From: an uncultured Verrucomicrobiota bacterium
GTDB lineage: Bacteria; Verrucomicrobiota; Verrucomicrobiia; JABWAM01
Length of the DNA: 64,000 bases
Assembly (NCBI GenBank): GCA_964653025.1
Contig: CAZZBZ010000006.1
Span: 6,292-70,291, forward strand
Direction of reading: 5' to 3'
A program made the position numbers and the translations under genes. The first letter of the stretch is position 1. Every line of letters starts with the position of its first letter. Positions 38,008 through 49,700 of the stretch are shown one piece after another. A model generated the notes under the pieces. The model was not told the DNA's origin and searched no databases. It was given only the letters and a program-made list of their open reading frames with translations.

Positions 38008-38047
38008 AAATCCGGATTTGACCGCGGGGTGCCAGCATCTCTAATAT
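38008..38047 (+). promoter_or_regulatory. Putative sigma-70-type promoter of gap with an overlapping 12-bp palindrome
   Basis: TTGACC (38018..38023) is separated by 18 nt from TAATAT (38042..38047). The perfect palindrome AAATCCGGATTT (38008..38019) overlaps the -35 element. The gene start at 38086 is about 38 nt downstream. Confidence 0.4.
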
Positions 38048-38049
38048 GA

Positions 38050-39126
<1,077 letters not shown>

Positions 39127-39212
39127 GATTCGCCAGAGCCCCACGGTCGCCGCGCGCTCGCTTTTCGCTGCGAGCTGTGGCTGCTCGAATGAAATCCTGA
39201 TTGGCGAATCCT

Positions 39213-40436
39213 ATGGCAAAACTCAACGTTCAGGACCTCGATGTCGCGGGCAGGCGCGTGCTTGTCCGTGTGGACTTCAACGTACCCCTCGACGCGGACG
39301 GGAAGATCACGGACGATTCGCGCGTCCGCGCCTCGCTCCCCACCATCGACTGGCTTCTTGAGCGCGGGGCCCGCGTCATCCTCTGCAGCCACCTTGGACG
39401 CCCGAAGGGCAAGCCCGACCCCTCGATGAGTCTCCGCCCCGTGGCAAAGCACCTTTCCGACCTGCTCAACCGCCCGGTCGCGTTCCTCGACGACTGTGTT
39501 GGCGAGAAGGTGGAGAAGACCGTGGGGATTATGAAGGACGGGGACTGCCTGCTGCTGGAGAACGTCCGGTTTTATGCCGCGGAGGAGAAGAACGATTCCG
39601 CGTTCGCGAAGCAACTGGCCTCCTGCGCCGAGCTTTACGTGAACGACGCGTTCGGCTCCGCCCACCGCGCCCATGCTTCCACCGAGGGGGTCGCCCGCTT
39701 TGTCCAGAAGTCTGCCGCCGGTTTTCTCCTCCAGAAGGAGCTCCAGTACCTCGGCGACGAGCTCGCAAACCCAGCGCGCCCCTTCGTCGCGATTCTTGGT
39801 GGCGCCAAGGTCAGCGATAAGATTGCGGTGATCGAGTCGCTTCTCGACAAGGCCGACACCCTGCTTATTGGAGGCGCGATGGCCTACACCTTCCTCCGCG
39901 CGCAGGGAATCCCCACGGGTGCCTCGCTTGTTGAGGAGGACCGCCTCGATATGAGCCGTCGCGTCCTCGAGCTCGCCTCGAAGAAGAACAAGCGCATTTT
40001 TCTTCCCGTGGACCATGTTGTCGCCCGCCGCGTCGAGACCGACAAGCTCGATAAGAAGGGCAGAAAGATCGTGGAGTTCCAGGGCGCCCACGCCACGGAT
40101 TGCGCCTCGATCGGCGAGGGGCTTTGCGGCGTGGACATTGGACCGAAAACGCTGGAGGTCTATTCGAGAGCCGTGGGCACGGCAAAGACCGTCCTCTGGA
40201 ACGGCCCGATGGGGATCTTTGAGAACAAGCAGTTTTCCCGGGGCACCTTCGAGGTCGCGAAGGCTGTCGCCGCGAGCGGTGCCAAGTCCATCATCGGCGG
40301 TGGCGACTCCGTGAAGGCCATCCATCAAAGCGGCCTCTCGGACAAGATTACCTTTCTCAGCACCGGCGGCGGCGCCTCCCTCGAGTTCCTCGAGGGCAAG
40401 GTCCTTCCTGGTGTTGCAGCGCTCAACGAGAAGTAG
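39213..40436 (+). CDS. pgk: Phosphoglycerate kinase
   Basis: The ATG at 39213 gives [27 protein letters not shown]. The ORF-track start at 39201 is TTG. The 407 aa are collinear with PGK. Confidence 0.9.
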   Translation: MAKLNVQDLDVAGRRVLVRVDFNVPLDADGKITDDSRVRASLPTIDWLLERGARVILCSHLGRPKGKPDPSMSLRPVAKHLSDLLNRPVAFLDDCVGEKVEKTVGIMKDGDCLLLENVRFYAAEEKNDSAFAKQLASCAELYVNDAFGSAHRAHASTEGVARFVQKSAAGFLLQKELQYLGDELANPARPFVAILGGAKVSDKIAVIESLLDKADTLLIGGAMAYTFLRAQGIPTGASLVEEDRLDMSRRVLELASKKNKRIFLPVDHVVARRVETDKLDKKGRKIVEFQGAHATDCASIGEGLCGVDIGPKTLEVYSRAVGTAKTVLWNGPMGIFENKQFSRGTFEVAKAVAASGAKSIIGGGDSVKAIHQSGLSDKITFLSTGGGASLEFLEGKVLPGVAALNEK

Positions 40437-40448
40437 GTCGGCTACCGA

Positions 40449-40517
40449 AGTTCACGCTCCGGGGGCTCAACGGCTGGCGAAAAGCTTCTCGATCCCCAAA
40501 CCGTGAACCGCTGAACC
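40449..40517. promoter_or_regulatory. Second copy of the TTCACG / TCAACGG ... CCGTGAACCGCTGAACC palindromic repeat element
   Basis: GTTCACG (40449..40455), CTCAACGG (40466..40473) and, after a spacer, CCGTGAACCGCTGAACC (40501..40517). This has the same architecture as 34368..34454. It lies between pgk and tpiA. Confidence 0.55.
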
Positions 40518-40559
40518 TGGCAACATAATTTTCTCAACCAACACCCTGATCCCATCCTC

Positions 40560-41321
40560 ATGAAGACCCGCCGCTCCATCATCGCCGGAAACTGGAAAAT
40601 GCATCGCACCCTCGCTGAGGCCGAGAGCCTCGTGAAGAGTCTCCTTCTCGAGCTAACGGACCTCTCTGATGTGGATGTGGTTCTCTGCCCACCGTTCACT
40701 TCCCTTGCGAAGGTGGCCGACCTCGTCTCCAAGACCCAGATTCGCGTCGGTGCCCAGGATATGCACTGGGAGAAAGAGGGGGCTTTCACCGGCGAGATTT
40801 CTGCCACGATGCTCCGCGATGTCTTTTGCCGCTACGTGATCCTTGGTCACAGCGAGCGCCGTCAGTACTTTGGTGAGACGAACGCCACCGTGAACCGCAA
40901 GGCCAGGGCAGCCATCGCGGCCAGCCTCCGCCCCATCGTCTGCGTCGGCGAGACCCTCGATCAGCGCGAGAAGGAGGACTTCAAGGCCATCCTTCGCACC
41001 CAGGTGCAGGAGAGCCTCGATGAGATCTTTGGCGACGAGGCCGAGGAGGTCGTCGTGGCCTACGAGCCGGTGTGGGCGATCGGCACCGGTCGCACCGCAA
41101 CCCCCGCCCAGGCGCAGGAGGTCCATGCCCTGATTCGCACAACTCTCTCCGACATGATGGGGGCCAAGCTCGCCGCGAAGATCCGTATCCAGTACGGCGG
41201 CAGCGTGAAACCCGCGAATGCCGTCGAGATCCTTGGGCAACCCGACATTGACGGCGCGCTCGTCGGGGGTGCCAGCCTCGATGCCCGCAGCTTCGCCGCG
41301 ATCGTCAAGGCCGCGATCTGA
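40560..41321 (+). CDS. tpiA: Triosephosphate isomerase
   Basis: The N-terminus is IIAGNWKMH. The YEPVWAIGTG block is present. The GGSVKP block is present. Confidence 0.9.
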   Translation: MKTRRSIIAGNWKMHRTLAEAESLVKSLLLELTDLSDVDVVLCPPFTSLAKVADLVSKTQIRVGAQDMHWEKEGAFTGEISATMLRDVFCRYVILGHSERRQYFGETNATVNRKARAAIAASLRPIVCVGETLDQREKEDFKAILRTQVQESLDEIFGDEAEEVVVAYEPVWAIGTGRTATPAQAQEVHALIRTTLSDMMGAKLAAKIRIQYGGSVKPANAVEILGQPDIDGALVGGASLDARSFAAIVKAAI

Positions 41322-41322
41322 C

Positions 41323-41340
41323 GGGGGAATCCTGCCCCCC
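41323..41340 (+). terminator. GC hairpin immediately after the tpiA stop
   Basis: GGGGG-AATCCTG-CCCCCC. This has the same G-run/AATCCT/C-run architecture as the hairpin at 23451. Confidence 0.35.
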
Positions 41341-41467
41341 GGTTACGGGATTCCTGCCGAGTGGCTTGCATCGCGTCCCGAAGGCCTGTAGAAGAATCTT
41401 CCTCACCAACTCCTATCTGGCCTGTGACCTGCGGCTTACAGCTCGCAGCTTTTGGCCTCCGCCCCCC

Positions 41468-41851
41468 ATGACTTTTACCGGCCTCCTTATTGGTTTTCTG
41501 CTCACGGTCCACGTGGTCGTGTGCGTGCTCCTCGTTCTCATTGTCCTCATGCAGCGCCCCAAGAGCGAGGGGCTCGGCACCGCCTTCGGGGGGGGCGTCA
41601 CCGACTCCCTGTTCGGCTCCAGCGCGGGGAATGTCCTTACCAAGATCACCACATGGCTCGGTGTCATCTTCTTCATCACCACCATCTCCCTTGCCCTTCT
41701 CTATAGCCGCGCGACTGCCACGAAGAAGGCGAGCCTCGGGGCCAAGCTAAAAGCGGTCGCTTCGGCTTCGACCAACGCCGACGTACGCGCCGCGATCACC
41801 AACGTCCCGTCCGCATCAGTCGCCCCGACCAACGCCCCGTCCGCGAAGTAG
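41468..41851 (+). CDS. secG: Preprotein translocase subunit SecG
   Basis: MTFTGLLIGFLLTVHVVVCVLLVLIVLMQRPKSEGLGTAFGGG has two TM helices and the SecG Gly-rich motif. It is in the classic position after tpiA. ATG 41468 is chosen over the ORF-track start at 41366. Confidence 0.75.
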   Translation: MTFTGLLIGFLLTVHVVVCVLLVLIVLMQRPKSEGLGTAFGGGVTDSLFGSSAGNVLTKITTWLGVIFFITTISLALLYSRATATKKASLGAKLKAVASASTNADVRAAITNVPSASVAPTNAPSAK

Positions 41852-41966
41852 AAGGGGTCCGCCATATCGGGGTGCTTGGCGCTGTGGTCTTTGACCGCAG
41901 TCGGGCTGACGCCGCGATCGGGAAAACGGGGTCAACGGCTCCGTCTCAAACAGATATCTGTCCGCC

Positions 41967-42944
41967 TCAGTCCTTCTTCTCGGGCACCGCTTCCGGCAAC
42001 CGGCTCACAAACCTCTGTCCCACCTTGAGCGGACAGCCGCGCAGAAAGTCAGCCGATGTCATCCGCCGTTTTCCCTCGGCTTGGAGCTCTTTGATCACGA
42101 CCGCCCCGCGCGGAGCCGCGACGTGGATGCCGTCGACATCGATCTTGATGATCTCGCCAGGCTTACCCTCCACAAAGCGCTCAAAGTCCGCCACAAGCAG
42201 CTTGACCATTTTCGGACCCTTCTCGGCGACCAGCCAGGAGCAGGCCCCGGGACCGGGCGTGAGGGCGCGGATGTGGTTCCACACGCGCCGCTTGCTCGTC
42301 TCCCATTCGACCCACTCGTCGTCGCGGGTGATTTTTGGGGCGTGGGTCGCCTCGCCCTCGGGTTGGGGTCGGAAGTCGGCCTTCTCCTGCGCGAGAAGGC
42401 GCAGGGCGTCCACGACGAGCGAGGCGCCCATTGCCGCAAGGCGATCGTGAAGCGTGGCCACGGTGTCCGAGTCGCGGATGTGGGTGCTCTGCTGAAGAAG
42501 GATGTCGCCGGTGTCCAGCCCCTCGTCCATGCGCATAATGGTGACCCCCGTCTCGGGGCAGCCCTCCATGATTGCGCGTTGGATCGGGGCCGCACCGCGA
42601 TACTTCGGCAGCAACGAGCCGTGGATGTTGAGGCTCCCGAGGCGGGGAGCATCGAGCGCCGCGCGTGGAAGGATCTTCCCGTAGGCGACCACGATGTTCA
42701 CCTCCGGCCGCAGGTAGCGAAGTTGGGAAAGGAACGGGGGCGACTGGAGCGAGGTGGGCTGGAGGACCTTGCAGTGAAAATCAAGCGCGAGGATCTTGAT
42801 TGGAGTGGGGGCGAGCTTCCCTGATCGCCCGCGCGGGCGGTCGGGCTGGGTGACGACGCCGACGATGTCGAAGGAAGGGTGTTCCGCGAGCGCCCGAAGT
42901 GACGGGCAGGCGAAGTCCGCCGATCCAAAGAAGACAACTTTCAC
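41967..42944 (-). CDS. fmt: Methionyl-tRNA formyltransferase
   Basis: The N-terminus is MKVVFFGSADFACPSL. The SLLPKYRGAAPIQ block (formyltransferase motif) is present. Confidence 0.85.
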   Translation of the reverse strand: MKVVFFGSADFACPSLRALAEHPSFDIVGVVTQPDRPRGRSGKLAPTPIKILALDFHCKVLQPTSLQSPPFLSQLRYLRPEVNIVVAYGKILPRAALDAPRLGSLNIHGSLLPKYRGAAPIQRAIMEGCPETGVTIMRMDEGLDTGDILLQQSTHIRDSDTVATLHDRLAAMGASLVVDALRLLAQEKADFRPQPEGEATHAPKITRDDEWVEWETSKRRVWNHIRALTPGPGACSWLVAEKGPKMVKLLVADFERFVEGKPGEIIKIDVDGIHVAAPRGAVVIKELQAEGKRRMTSADFLRGCPLKVGQRFVSRLPEAVPEKKD

Positions 42945-43050
42945 CCTGCGCTCTTAACCCGGCCCACGCGTTCCCGCAAGGAGGAAGGGGGAGGAAGGGG
43001 GACGCGAGCGGGTTTGCAGCCCGCGCCGGTCCTGCTAGGGTTGGTGCCGC

Positions 43051-44448
43051 ATGCCATTGTGCCTCCACAACACCCTGACCCGCAAGGTCGAGGAGTTTCG
43101 CCCGTCGGAACCCTCTGGTCGCTCGGTGACGATGTACTGCTGCGGGCCGACGGTGTACGACTCGGCGCACATCGGCAACTTTCGCACGTTTGTGGCGCAG
43201 GACCTCCTTCGCCGTTGCCTCGAGGCACACGGCTGGGAGGTGCGCCACGCGATGAACATTACCGACGTGGAGGACAAGATCATCCGCTCGATCAAGGTCT
43301 CGGGGGAGTCGCTTGAGGTCTTCACCCGCCGCCACGAGAAAACCTTCCTCGATGACTTCGATGCGCTGGGCTGCCGCCGTCCCACCGTGATGCCGCGGGC
43401 GACAGAGCATATCGGGGAGATCATCGCCCTCGTGAAGCGCCTGCAGGAGAAGGGCGTGGCCTACGCGGCGGCGGACGGCTCCGTCTACTTCTCCATCGAG
43501 CGCTTTCCCGACTACGGGAAGCTCTCGAGGCTCGACCGCTCGCAGCTCAAGCCGGGTGCGCGGGTGAGCGCCGATGAGCACGCGCGCGAGGCCTATGGCG
43601 ACTTCGCCCTCTGGAAGGCATGGACCGACCGCGATGGCGCCGTGGCGTGGGAGAGCCCGTGGGGGAAGGGTCGCCCCGGCTGGCACATCGAGTGCTCCTG
43701 CATGAGCATGAAGCACCTCGGGGAGACCCTCGACCTGCACTGCGGGGGCGAGGACCTCGTCTTCCCGCACCACGAGGACGAGATCGCCCAGAGCGAGGCC
43801 GCCACGGGTCGCCCCTTCGCTCGCTTCTGGATCCACAGCGCGCATCTGCTCGTCAATGGCCAGAAGATGTCGAAGTCTGCCGGTAACTTTTTCACCGCCC
43901 GCGACCTCTTCGCAAAGGGATATACCGGGCGCGAACTCCGCTACGCGCTTCTCTCGGCGCACTATCGCCTGCCACTCAACTTCACCCTCGAGGGACTCGA
44001 TGCGGCGCGCCAGGCCCTTGCCCGCCTCGATGCGTGGGAGGAGCGCCTCCGCGCCACCGCGGGGCACCTTCCTTTGTCGGCTGCGGGCGGGTCGCTCCGG
44101 CAGGCCTTCGGCGCCGCGCTCGACGACGATCTCAATATCTCGGCTGCCCTCGGCTGCCTTTTCGATGCCCTGCGCGCCTCGAACCGCGCCCTCGACGAGG
44201 GGAAGCTGTCGCCGGCGGAGGCTGCCCGCGACCTCGCGGACTGGCTCGCGGTACGGGAGGTCCTGGGCCTTCCCGCGCCCACCCCGAAAGCCGCCCCTCC
44301 GGAAGTGGAGGCGCTTGCCCGCGAGCGGCAGGCGGCGCGGGCCGCGAAGGACTGGAAGCGCTCCGACGCCCTGCGCGCCGAGATTGTGAAACTTGGCTGG
44401 GCCGTCAAGGATGTTCCCGGCGGTTTCCAACTTTCCCGTTCGCCTTGA
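43051..44448 (+). CDS. cysS: Cysteine--tRNA ligase
   Basis: The motifs CGPTVYDSAHIGN (HIGH), KMSKS and the zinc-ligand Cys are present. The full 465 aa is collinear with CysS. Confidence 0.9.
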   Translation: MPLCLHNTLTRKVEEFRPSEPSGRSVTMYCCGPTVYDSAHIGNFRTFVAQDLLRRCLEAHGWEVRHAMNITDVEDKIIRSIKVSGESLEVFTRRHEKTFLDDFDALGCRRPTVMPRATEHIGEIIALVKRLQEKGVAYAAADGSVYFSIERFPDYGKLSRLDRSQLKPGARVSADEHAREAYGDFALWKAWTDRDGAVAWESPWGKGRPGWHIECSCMSMKHLGETLDLHCGGEDLVFPHHEDEIAQSEAATGRPFARFWIHSAHLLVNGQKMSKSAGNFFTARDLFAKGYTGRELRYALLSAHYRLPLNFTLEGLDAARQALARLDAWEERLRATAGHLPLSAAGGSLRQAFGAALDDDLNISAALGCLFDALRASNRALDEGKLSPAEAARDLADWLAVREVLGLPAPTPKAAPPEVEALARERQAARAAKDWKRSDALRAEIVKLGWAVKDVPGGFQLSRSP

Positions 44449-44513
44449 TCCGTGCGTTCGAGAGCCCTATTCTACGAGCGTACGTGGCAGATCCCCTCGA
44501 ACCGTCATCACTC

Positions 44514-45500
44514 ATGAACCCCATCTCCCCCTATTGGAAAGGTCGTCGCGTGACGGTGACCGGTGCGGCCGGCCTGGTCGGTTCCCACCTCTGTGACCTG
44601 CTCGTCGAGGCGGGTGCCGAGATCCTCGCCGTGGACGACCTCTCGAAGGGAATTCGCGAACGCCTTGCCCATCTCGAGGGCAGGATCCGCTTCGTGAAGG
44701 CCGACCTCTGCGTCCCCGGCGCTGCCGAGGAACTCTTCCGTGGGCAGCAGGTGATCCTTCACCTCGCCTCGCGGGCCTACGGGATTGCCTACAGCGGGGG
44801 CCACCACGACGAGATGCTCCGTTTCAACGTGGACCTCAACCACAAGGTCCTCCGCGCTTGTGCCGCCGCGCGGGTCGAGCGCGTCCTGGCGGTGAGTTCC
44901 TCCTGCGTCTACCCGGATGAAGCCCCCTCTCCGACGCCGGAGCTTCCCGTGAATACCGGCGAGCCCGAGCGGGCCAACATCGGCTACGGGCAGGCCAAGC
45001 GTCAGCTCGAGATCGAAGCCACGGATCTCTCGCGCTCCACGGGCATCGGCGTGGCCATCGTTCGCCCCTTCAACGCCTACTCGGGGCGCTACAAGTGGGA
45101 GGGCGAGTACAGCCACGTGATCCCCATGCTCGTGAAGCGCGTCATGGAGGGAGAGGAGCCTCTCGTCATCTGGGGCACGGGCCGCCAGCGTCGCAACTTC
45201 CTTCATGCCGTGGATTTTGGCCGCTGCTTCCTCGCCGTGACGGAACACCACGCGAAGGCCGATCCCGTGAATGTCGGCTACGAGGAGACCGTCTCCATGG
45301 CCGAGCTTGCCGCCGCGATCGGCGAAGCCGCCGGGCGAAAACTCACCATCCGCTTCGACCCCTCCAAGCCCGAGGGTCGCCTTGTGAAGAGCGCGGATTC
45401 CACCAAACTCCGCCGCGTCACGGGGGGCGTGGCGCCCAGCATCCCCCTCGCCGAGGGCCTTCGCGAGATGATCGAGTGGCACCGCCGATCCTTCGCCTGA
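44514..45500 (+). CDS. NAD-dependent epimerase/dehydratase family protein (sugar-nucleotide modifying)
   Basis: ATG 44514 gives MNPISPYWKGRRVTVTGAAGLVGSHL, a Rossmann fold. The catalytic YxxxK is in YGQAK. The ORF-track start at 44034 overlaps cysS. Confidence 0.8.
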   Translation: MNPISPYWKGRRVTVTGAAGLVGSHLCDLLVEAGAEILAVDDLSKGIRERLAHLEGRIRFVKADLCVPGAAEELFRGQQVILHLASRAYGIAYSGGHHDEMLRFNVDLNHKVLRACAAARVERVLAVSSSCVYPDEAPSPTPELPVNTGEPERANIGYGQAKRQLEIEATDLSRSTGIGVAIVRPFNAYSGRYKWEGEYSHVIPMLVKRVMEGEEPLVIWGTGRQRRNFLHAVDFGRCFLAVTEHHAKADPVNVGYEETVSMAELAAAIGEAAGRKLTIRFDPSKPEGRLVKSADSTKLRRVTGGVAPSIPLAEGLREMIEWHRRSFA

Positions 45501-45519
45501 CGGCGGAGGACAAAGGAAA

Positions 45520-46680
45520 ATGAGCATGGATTCCAGCGAACGCCTTCTTGCCTCGCACCACGCGCTGGCCATCAAGAAGAAGATGGATGTGCGGCGCGAG
45601 GAGTACCTCGACTTCATGACGTTTAAGTCGAACGCGCGTCCGCTGTTCGATGAGATTTTCGGACCAATCATTGGTCTCAAGGAGGAGTGGATGGCGCAGG
45701 GGGCGAAGCTGGAGGAGTTGGACATGTCGGCATTTCGCTTTCGTCGGCCGATCTTTCGGAGCCTGCCGGTCACCACCGGATGGATCGAGGGGAAGCCCGT
45801 GCGGATCATCGAGGAAACGGCGGAGTATATCATCGCGCGCGACCAGATGGGGCGGCGGGTAAAGCTCTGCCGCGGCGTGGCCTCCATCCCTCTCCCCCTC
45901 GATCACCCCGTGAAGACGATGGACGACTGGCGCAAGGTGAAGTTCCAGTACGAGTTTCACGAGAAGCGGGTGGCTGCCGACTTTGAGCGGATCGCCTGCG
46001 AGGCCCGCGAGGCGGGGCAAGTGGTGCGCCTGGGGATTCCTGGGGGTTTCGACGAGCCGCGGCAACTTCTCGGCGAGGAAGGGGTGTGCCTGGCAACCGG
46101 GGAGGCCCCGGAGATGCTCCACGAGATCCTCAACACAATCGCGGACACGGCCGTGCGCGTGATCGAGAGCGCAGGAAAACGCGGGGGGTTCGATGAGTTG
46201 TCGATCCACGAGGACATGGCGGGCAAGAGCGGGCCGCTTTTCGGCCCGCGGCAGGTGCGCGAGTTCATGGCGCCCTACTTCCGTCGAGTTTGGGCGTCCG
46301 CACAGGCTGCCGGAGCAAGGACCTTCATGATGGACTCCGACGGCGACATGAGCCCGATCCTCGGGGATCTCTGCGACGCAGGGTTAAACGCGATCCACCC
46401 GATGGAGCCGACCGGAAATAACGACCTTCTCGCCGTGCGGGAGAAGTTTGGGAAGCGCTTGGCGTTCCAGGGCGGCATCGACAAGCATGTGCTCCGCAAG
46501 GGGCACGAGGCGATCACGGCGGAACTGGAGCGCAAGGTGCCTCCGATGATCCGTTCAGGGGGATGCATCTTCGGTCTCGACCATCGCATTCCGAACGGAA
46601 CGCCGCTCGAGGCTTACCGCTTCTACCACGCGAAGATGTGGGAGATCCTGGAGAGGGAAGGCGCGAAGCTGACAGCGTAG
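45520..46680 (+). CDS. Uroporphyrinogen-decarboxylase (URO-D) family protein. This is a tentative call; the protein is otherwise hypothetical.
   Basis: The ORF is 386 aa and TIM-barrel-like. The N-terminus (SSERLLASHHA) and the DSDGD...NAIHPMEP region are reminiscent of URO-D/MtaA-type proteins. This rests on weak recognition only. Confidence 0.45.
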   Translation: MSMDSSERLLASHHALAIKKKMDVRREEYLDFMTFKSNARPLFDEIFGPIIGLKEEWMAQGAKLEELDMSAFRFRRPIFRSLPVTTGWIEGKPVRIIEETAEYIIARDQMGRRVKLCRGVASIPLPLDHPVKTMDDWRKVKFQYEFHEKRVAADFERIACEAREAGQVVRLGIPGGFDEPRQLLGEEGVCLATGEAPEMLHEILNTIADTAVRVIESAGKRGGFDELSIHEDMAGKSGPLFGPRQVREFMAPYFRRVWASAQAAGARTFMMDSDGDMSPILGDLCDAGLNAIHPMEPTGNNDLLAVREKFGKRLAFQGGIDKHVLRKGHEAITAELERKVPPMIRSGGCIFGLDHRIPNGTPLEAYRFYHAKMWEILEREGAKLTA

Positions 46681-46750
46681 GGCGGCGCATTGTGGCCCGC
46701 TCTCCCGTCTTTTGCGGTCCAACCCTTGAACCTTTCCCCTTCTCTTCCCC

Positions 46751-49700
46751 TCACTTCTTCTTAAAAAGCCCGTCGAGGAGGTTCTGGAGAGGCGGTTGCT
46801 GGGGCGGGGTGGGCTGACCGGGCTGGGCGGGTTGCGACGGTTGCTGCTTCTTCTCAAGCATCTGCTTGAGGTAGTTGACGCCGGTGTTGATCAGCGTCTC
46901 GCCGACAAACTTGCTGGTGTCGAGGGCGACCTGCGGTTCGGAGAATGTCCCCGTGATGGTCGCGGCGCCCGGGAGGCGGAGCCAGTCACCCCGCTCGGCG
47001 CTCATGGTCTTAAGGAGGGGGGCGAGGAGCGAGGATTTCGCCATCACCGCGCGGTTCATCTTGATCGTGGCTTCCATCGCGAGCCGTTGGTCGAAGAACG
47101 CGTTGCCGCGGAGGGAGACCTGCAGGGCCGAACCGATCACGTGGAGGTTGTCGGTGGACAGTTTTCCGGAGGCGATTTTTGCGGAGCCTTCTACGGAGTT
47201 CACGGTGGAGGCCGTGATGTCCGGAGACTGGAGGATGCCGCCGAGGCGGGTGAGGGCCTTCCCGATCGAGGGGAGTTTCTCAAGGTGGGCGTCGCGGATG
47301 GCGAGTTCGAGGTTGCCATCGAGATTTTTGTCGAGCATCTCGCGGGAGAGACCGCGGCCCGATCCGTAGATGCGTCCAGTGAGCGTGCCGCTAATTTGTC
47401 CACGCAAAGAAGGCGTGAATGTTTCCACGAGAGGGCCGAGGGCGAGGTTCTCCACCTTCGACTCGAAGCGGAAGGGACCGGGGGTGCCGTCCTCGCCCTT
47501 GTCGGTCTTCACGCTGGCCGAGAGCGGTGCGCCGCCGAGGGTGGCGTGTGCGTCGGGCACCTCGATGGTGTTGCCCTTCACGCGCAGGGGGAGGACAAGG
47601 TTGGCGAGGGTGAAATCGCGAACCTTGAGCGAGTCCACCTTCGCGTCGAGGGTGAGGTCGAGCGCGCGCGACAGGGCGGGCGGGGCGGTGGGAGGGGCAT
47701 GGGATGGCACCGCGGCGGACGGGGAAGGGGGGGTGGCAGTCGCGGGTGACGGGGTTGCGACGGACGGGAAAATCTGGTCGTACCAAGGGGTGAGATCGAG
47801 GGACTGGCCAATGAGCTTGAGGTTGGCGAAAAGCAGGGACGGTGTGGATTTGAGGACGCCCGAGGCCTCGACACGGTTTTTCGCCCTGCCAACGGGATCG
47901 AGTTGGAGCGCGGTCGACCGGAGGGTGAGTGTGCCGTTCGTGTTCCACGAAAGGTTGGCCGAGAGGCCGGCGTTGAGGGGCTTGAGGCCCGACGGCGCGG
48001 TGCCCCCGATGACGAGGTTCTTCGCCTCGACCTTCCCGTCGAACGAAAGCGTGCCTGCGTCCCAGGCAACTTCGCCCTGTCCGGAAAAGAGGAGGGATCG
48101 CAGCTCGATGCCGGGAAGCCACGCGGCAAGGAGGGGGGCGAAGGCGGTCTCGCGGCAGTCGCTGGCCTCGAAGCGAGTGCGAAGGGCGCCCGTGCGCGCG
48201 TTCCAACTTGCGTTGGCGAGGAGGATGCCTGTGGGTTGATCCGCGACGAGCAGGGTAAGGCGGGTGTCGTTGGCGCGGAATTCAGGATTGCCCCAGCCGA
48301 CGACGGCGTCGAGTTGTGCTGCGAGGCGGGTGTATCGGATGCCCTGCCATACGATGGAGACGTTCCTGGTCGAGGTGGTTGTCCGTGCGACAAAGCGGCC
48401 GGTTGCGTCAAGCTTCCATTCCGCCGTGATGGATGCGGTGCCCGAGGGGATTGCGAGGTCGGCGACCGGATGGAGGGCAAGGAGAGTGGGGAGCGGGGCG
48501 GAAAGGACGAGGCGTCCCGCGCCGGCATGCGCGGAGAGATTCCAACTCCCGTCGAGGGTGGCCTCTGCGATTTCTTCGCCTTTCTCGATGAGTCGGAAGG
48601 AGTTTTTCTCGAAGCGGAGTGTTTTGAGGTCGCGCAGGCTGGTGCGTCCCACGACCTGGGCAGCGGCGTCGGTAAACGAGATTTTGGGGGTGACGAGGGC
48701 GATTCCTGCGGCGCCAATGCGGCCATCGAACGAAAGGAGATGTCCCTGCTCCGAGGCAGTGATCTTGAGCGTGGCCGCAAGCGTGCCCGCGTCGAGGCGC
48801 CAGCCGGGAGGGAGGTCGAGGAGGCGCAGGAAGGGTGCGATCTCGAGCGGGGAAAGTTGGAGGCTGAACTCGGCGTCCTCGGCAGGGGTGCCGAGGTTTT
48901 CGCCCTCCTTCCACGAGATCGTCATGGGGCGGTTGAGCGTCCCCTTGAGAAGTGGACCGCTACCTTGGCGCGTGGTGTCGAGGTTGAGTTGGGAGATTGT
49001 GGCTTGTCGGATGCGAAGGTTGATTTCGATTTCGTGATCGAGGGAGATCTGGATGGGGCGAGCGAAGAGGGCGGAGAGATTGGGGGAGGAAACCATGAGC
49101 GGGTTCGCGGTGAGGCGGCCTTTGGTGCGAATCAGGGTGGCGTCGTGTCGGAGGGAGAGGTGGCCGGTGTACCCGATCTGCGTCGGTCCAAAATCCATGT
49201 GGCGCGCACCGAAGAGAAGATTGAGCACCGGCTTGCCCACAGGGCCGATTTCCATGTCGAGTTCCGCCTCTCTCGCCGCGAGGTCGAGGGGGCCCGTTGC
49301 CCGTGCGGTGGCGAGCGCGGTTCCCGCACGTTCCACGGTGAGGGCCGCCTCACGGAGAAGGCCCTTGCCGTTCACACCGGATCCAAGATCGAAGTGCAGG
49401 GTTGCGGAGAAACCTTCGAAACGCTCGGCCCCGGCGTGGCCAGCGAGGCGATCAATAAAAAGCTCACCTTTCGCGGAGCGAGGGATGAGCGCCTCGTCGA
49501 GGTTCACCGCGAGTTTTGCGCGTGCGTTGCCGGTGGCGGTGGTGGCGTGCGCTTCCTGTCCCTCTTCCCCGGGGGCTTCTTGCTTCAGGGAGAATCCCAG
49601 GTCGAGGTCGAGGGTCGCGGAGCCGCCCGGACGAAGGTCTTGTGCGGAAAGGTTGGCGGTGCCGATCTCGATTTTCCTGAGGGGGGCCTCGTGGACGAGG

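Noticed and set aside
42781-45887. 549-aa and 459-aa minus-strand ORFs antisense to the cysS and epimerase genes
   Set aside because: They are antisense to CysS (HIGH/KMSKS present) and to a Rossmann epimerase. No domains are recognisable.
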